Shown here one piece after another: positions 61,863-64,000 of a DNA stretch of 64,000 bases; position 1 is the stretch's first letter; each line of letters begins with the position of its first letter. This stretch comes from Eledone cirrhosa (Eukaryota): positions 34,534,001 to 34,598,000 of the forward strand of contig OZ024743.1 in the NCBI GenBank assembly GCA_964016885.1. The letters run 5' to 3'. The translations under genes were made by a program, and so were the position numbers. The notes beneath the pieces are model-generated. The model was given only the letters and a program-made list of their open reading frames with translations, was not told the origin of the DNA and ran no database searches.

Positions 61863-62214
61863 GCGTCGGACAACATGCTTCGCAGTATAGAGTTAGGGGC
61901 CTTAACGTTCTGAGTTCAAATCCCACCGAGGTTAGCTTTGCCTTTCATCCTTACACGGCCGATAAAATATAGCACCAGTAATGCACTGGGGTCGATTTAA
62001 TCGACTTTCCCCTCTCCCCAAATTGCTGGCCTTGTGCCTGGGGGATTGGCAGTATCGGTAGAAAGTCGGACGCCATGCTTTGCAGCATAGAGTTACGCGC
62101 CTTTATAGTCGAGGTTCACTTTGCCTTTCATCCTCACGGGGTCGATAAAATAAAGTACCAGTAATGTACTGGGATAATTGCTGGCCTTGTGCCAAAAGTA
62201 GAAACAATTATTAT
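61863..62214 (+). mobile_element. Two adjacent SINE family A copies (long and short tail variants)
   Basis: 61863-62039 and 62041-62214. Confidence 0.85.
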
Positions 62215-62669
62215 TAAAGGCTAACTTTGCCTTTCATCGACAAATAAAGCCCCAGTAATGCAGTTGTTCTCTCTTTGATGACTACAGCAAAAGGGAACAT
62301 ACGGTGGACAAGGTTGTAAGGACTGGAAACTGACACTTTCTTCTTCGATGAAGCTTTCGTCAACCTTTTCAATTCAACTAGAAAAGGAATGTCAGGGTGA
62401 GTTTATGGGGTACCTCGATCGACCCTAATTTGTGGTCCTCTTGTATCAGGAGAACTATTTATCATCAGCATATATAATATATATACCTCTGTATTTTCTT
62501 ATTCTATTTTTATGTAAACTCCTCAAACTTTACGTAACCTGTCCTTATCAGTCGCTACCCTTGTAGCAAAAAAATCGTTATTATTTTTATTATTATTCAT
62601 ATTCATTTGCACAGTGATTATCTTAACACTGGTTCATTTAATTGACTTCCTTATCAAATTACGTAACCT

Positions 62670-63330
62670 CAGACAGATAATACTTTACACAGGATATTTG
62701 CTGTTCCCCAAAGTATTGTTTTCTGTAATGCCGTAATACTGGGGCTGATTCCAATTCTATCAAGGTTTTTCTGGGAGGTTTCTGTCACCAATCCAAGTGC
62801 TCTAATTATAATTCGTACTACTCTTGCTTTCATATTACACATCATATTCTCTCGACATTTATTCTCATGTCTGCATACTTTACGATTTTCTGGTTTTCTT
62901 TAGAAATGGTCTCTTGAGTAAGCTACATCGATCAACAAACACCTCCTTTCAGTACATTTCCTCAACAAAGTTATGTCTGACCTAGTATTTTCAAGAGCTC
63001 TCTGTCTGGATTGTAAAGTCCCACAAGAGTTTCACAGTCTGGTTTTTTTAGGACCTTCTCCGGTGTGTGCTGATACCATTTCTCAGTGGTTGTAAATCCA
63101 TATTTCTTGCATAAAGACTAATGGAGGCGTAAACACACGTTATCATCACGCCTTTTATATTCCCTCTGTGCAAGTATGCTACAGTCCCTCACGATATGTA
63201 TCACACTTTCCACCTTCTTCCCATATAACCTACACTTATTTGTTTCATCTAGGTTATACATATTCCTTATTGCGTTTGGTTTTTGTGCTTGATCTTGAGC
63301 TGCTATTAACAAACTTTGTTTCTCTTTTAA
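62670..63330 (-). pseudogene. Decayed R4/Dong-like non-LTR 3' fragment (CCHC and restriction-like endonuclease)
   Basis: LIAAQDQA..CRL..ESVIHIVRDCSILAQREYKRRDD..KWYQHTPEKV..LLWDFTIQT..LIDVA..LQKTILWGTANIL. Confidence 0.85.
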
Positions 63331-63799
63331 TATATAAATATATATATATACAAGAAAGTAGTACAGCATAATCGAATCTCTGGTTGCAGGCAAGCAAACG
63401 AATGCAGTCGGAAAGTGCAGCTAAAGCACTCAATAAGGAATTTTACCTTAGAGTTATAACATTACGTTTAGACAGTTATACAAATTGAAGACAGCGACCG
63501 ATAAGCGAGTCGCTAGGACCAGAACAACGAAAAAAACCGACACAGGAAAATGTTGACAATATCTGGACCATCGTGGAGATATATAATATCTCCGCTAGGT
63601 TTCTGTAAATCCGAAATCAACAAAATCCATTTGCAGAGGCCTGCAAGTTAATTGGCTTTGGAAGATAGAACAGTGGAATTTACTTCGTCAACAAGTTTTC
63701 GTTCTGCCGCCACCGGTTGTAAGAACTAGCAGTAAACACCACCAGTAGTCACGTGGTTTATCCGGAGTGAGGTAACCCCGGTTTTGGCGGTCAAATTCG

Positions 63800-63848
<49 letters not shown>

Positions 63849-64000
63849 ATAAGTAATGTACTGGGTAATTGCTGGCCTTGTGCCGAAAGTAGAAACAATT
63901 ATAATATTATGAGTTGGTAGATATAGTTATACTTTCTCCAGCCCTAACCTGGTGCAGTCTGCGACTAACCCAGGTTCTGCTGCACGTCGGGCTGAGGAGG

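Overview
Repeat-dominated, AT-rich eukaryotic DNA with no confidently identifiable host gene. The dense (TA)n/(CA)n microsatellites and SINE landscape suggest a mollusc, probably a cephalopod/octopus (inference). It contains: (i) many copies of two tRNA-derived SINE families; (ii) decayed non-LTR retrotransposons (CR1/L2-like, Tx1/L1-like, RTE-like, R4/Dong-like including a ~1.8 kb nearly open RT-RLE fragment, and CRE-like 3' tails); (iii) Penelope-like (GIY-YIG) remnants; (iv) a ~14.8 kb 15-bp satellite (26.98-41.78 kb) that produces the giant ORFs; and (v) the most interesting signal, several unrelated families of short non-coding elements inserted in (TA)n tracts. These carry minimal type-I hammerhead ribozyme motifs, occur as 1.2-1.7-unit partial tandems of ~480-590 bp units, and often have 5' fold-back palindromes whose breakpoints fall inside the ribozyme. 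This suggests a retrozyme-like RNA system, possibly circular, mobilised by Penelope-like elements. All alignments and folds were done by eye; family names need database confirmation.
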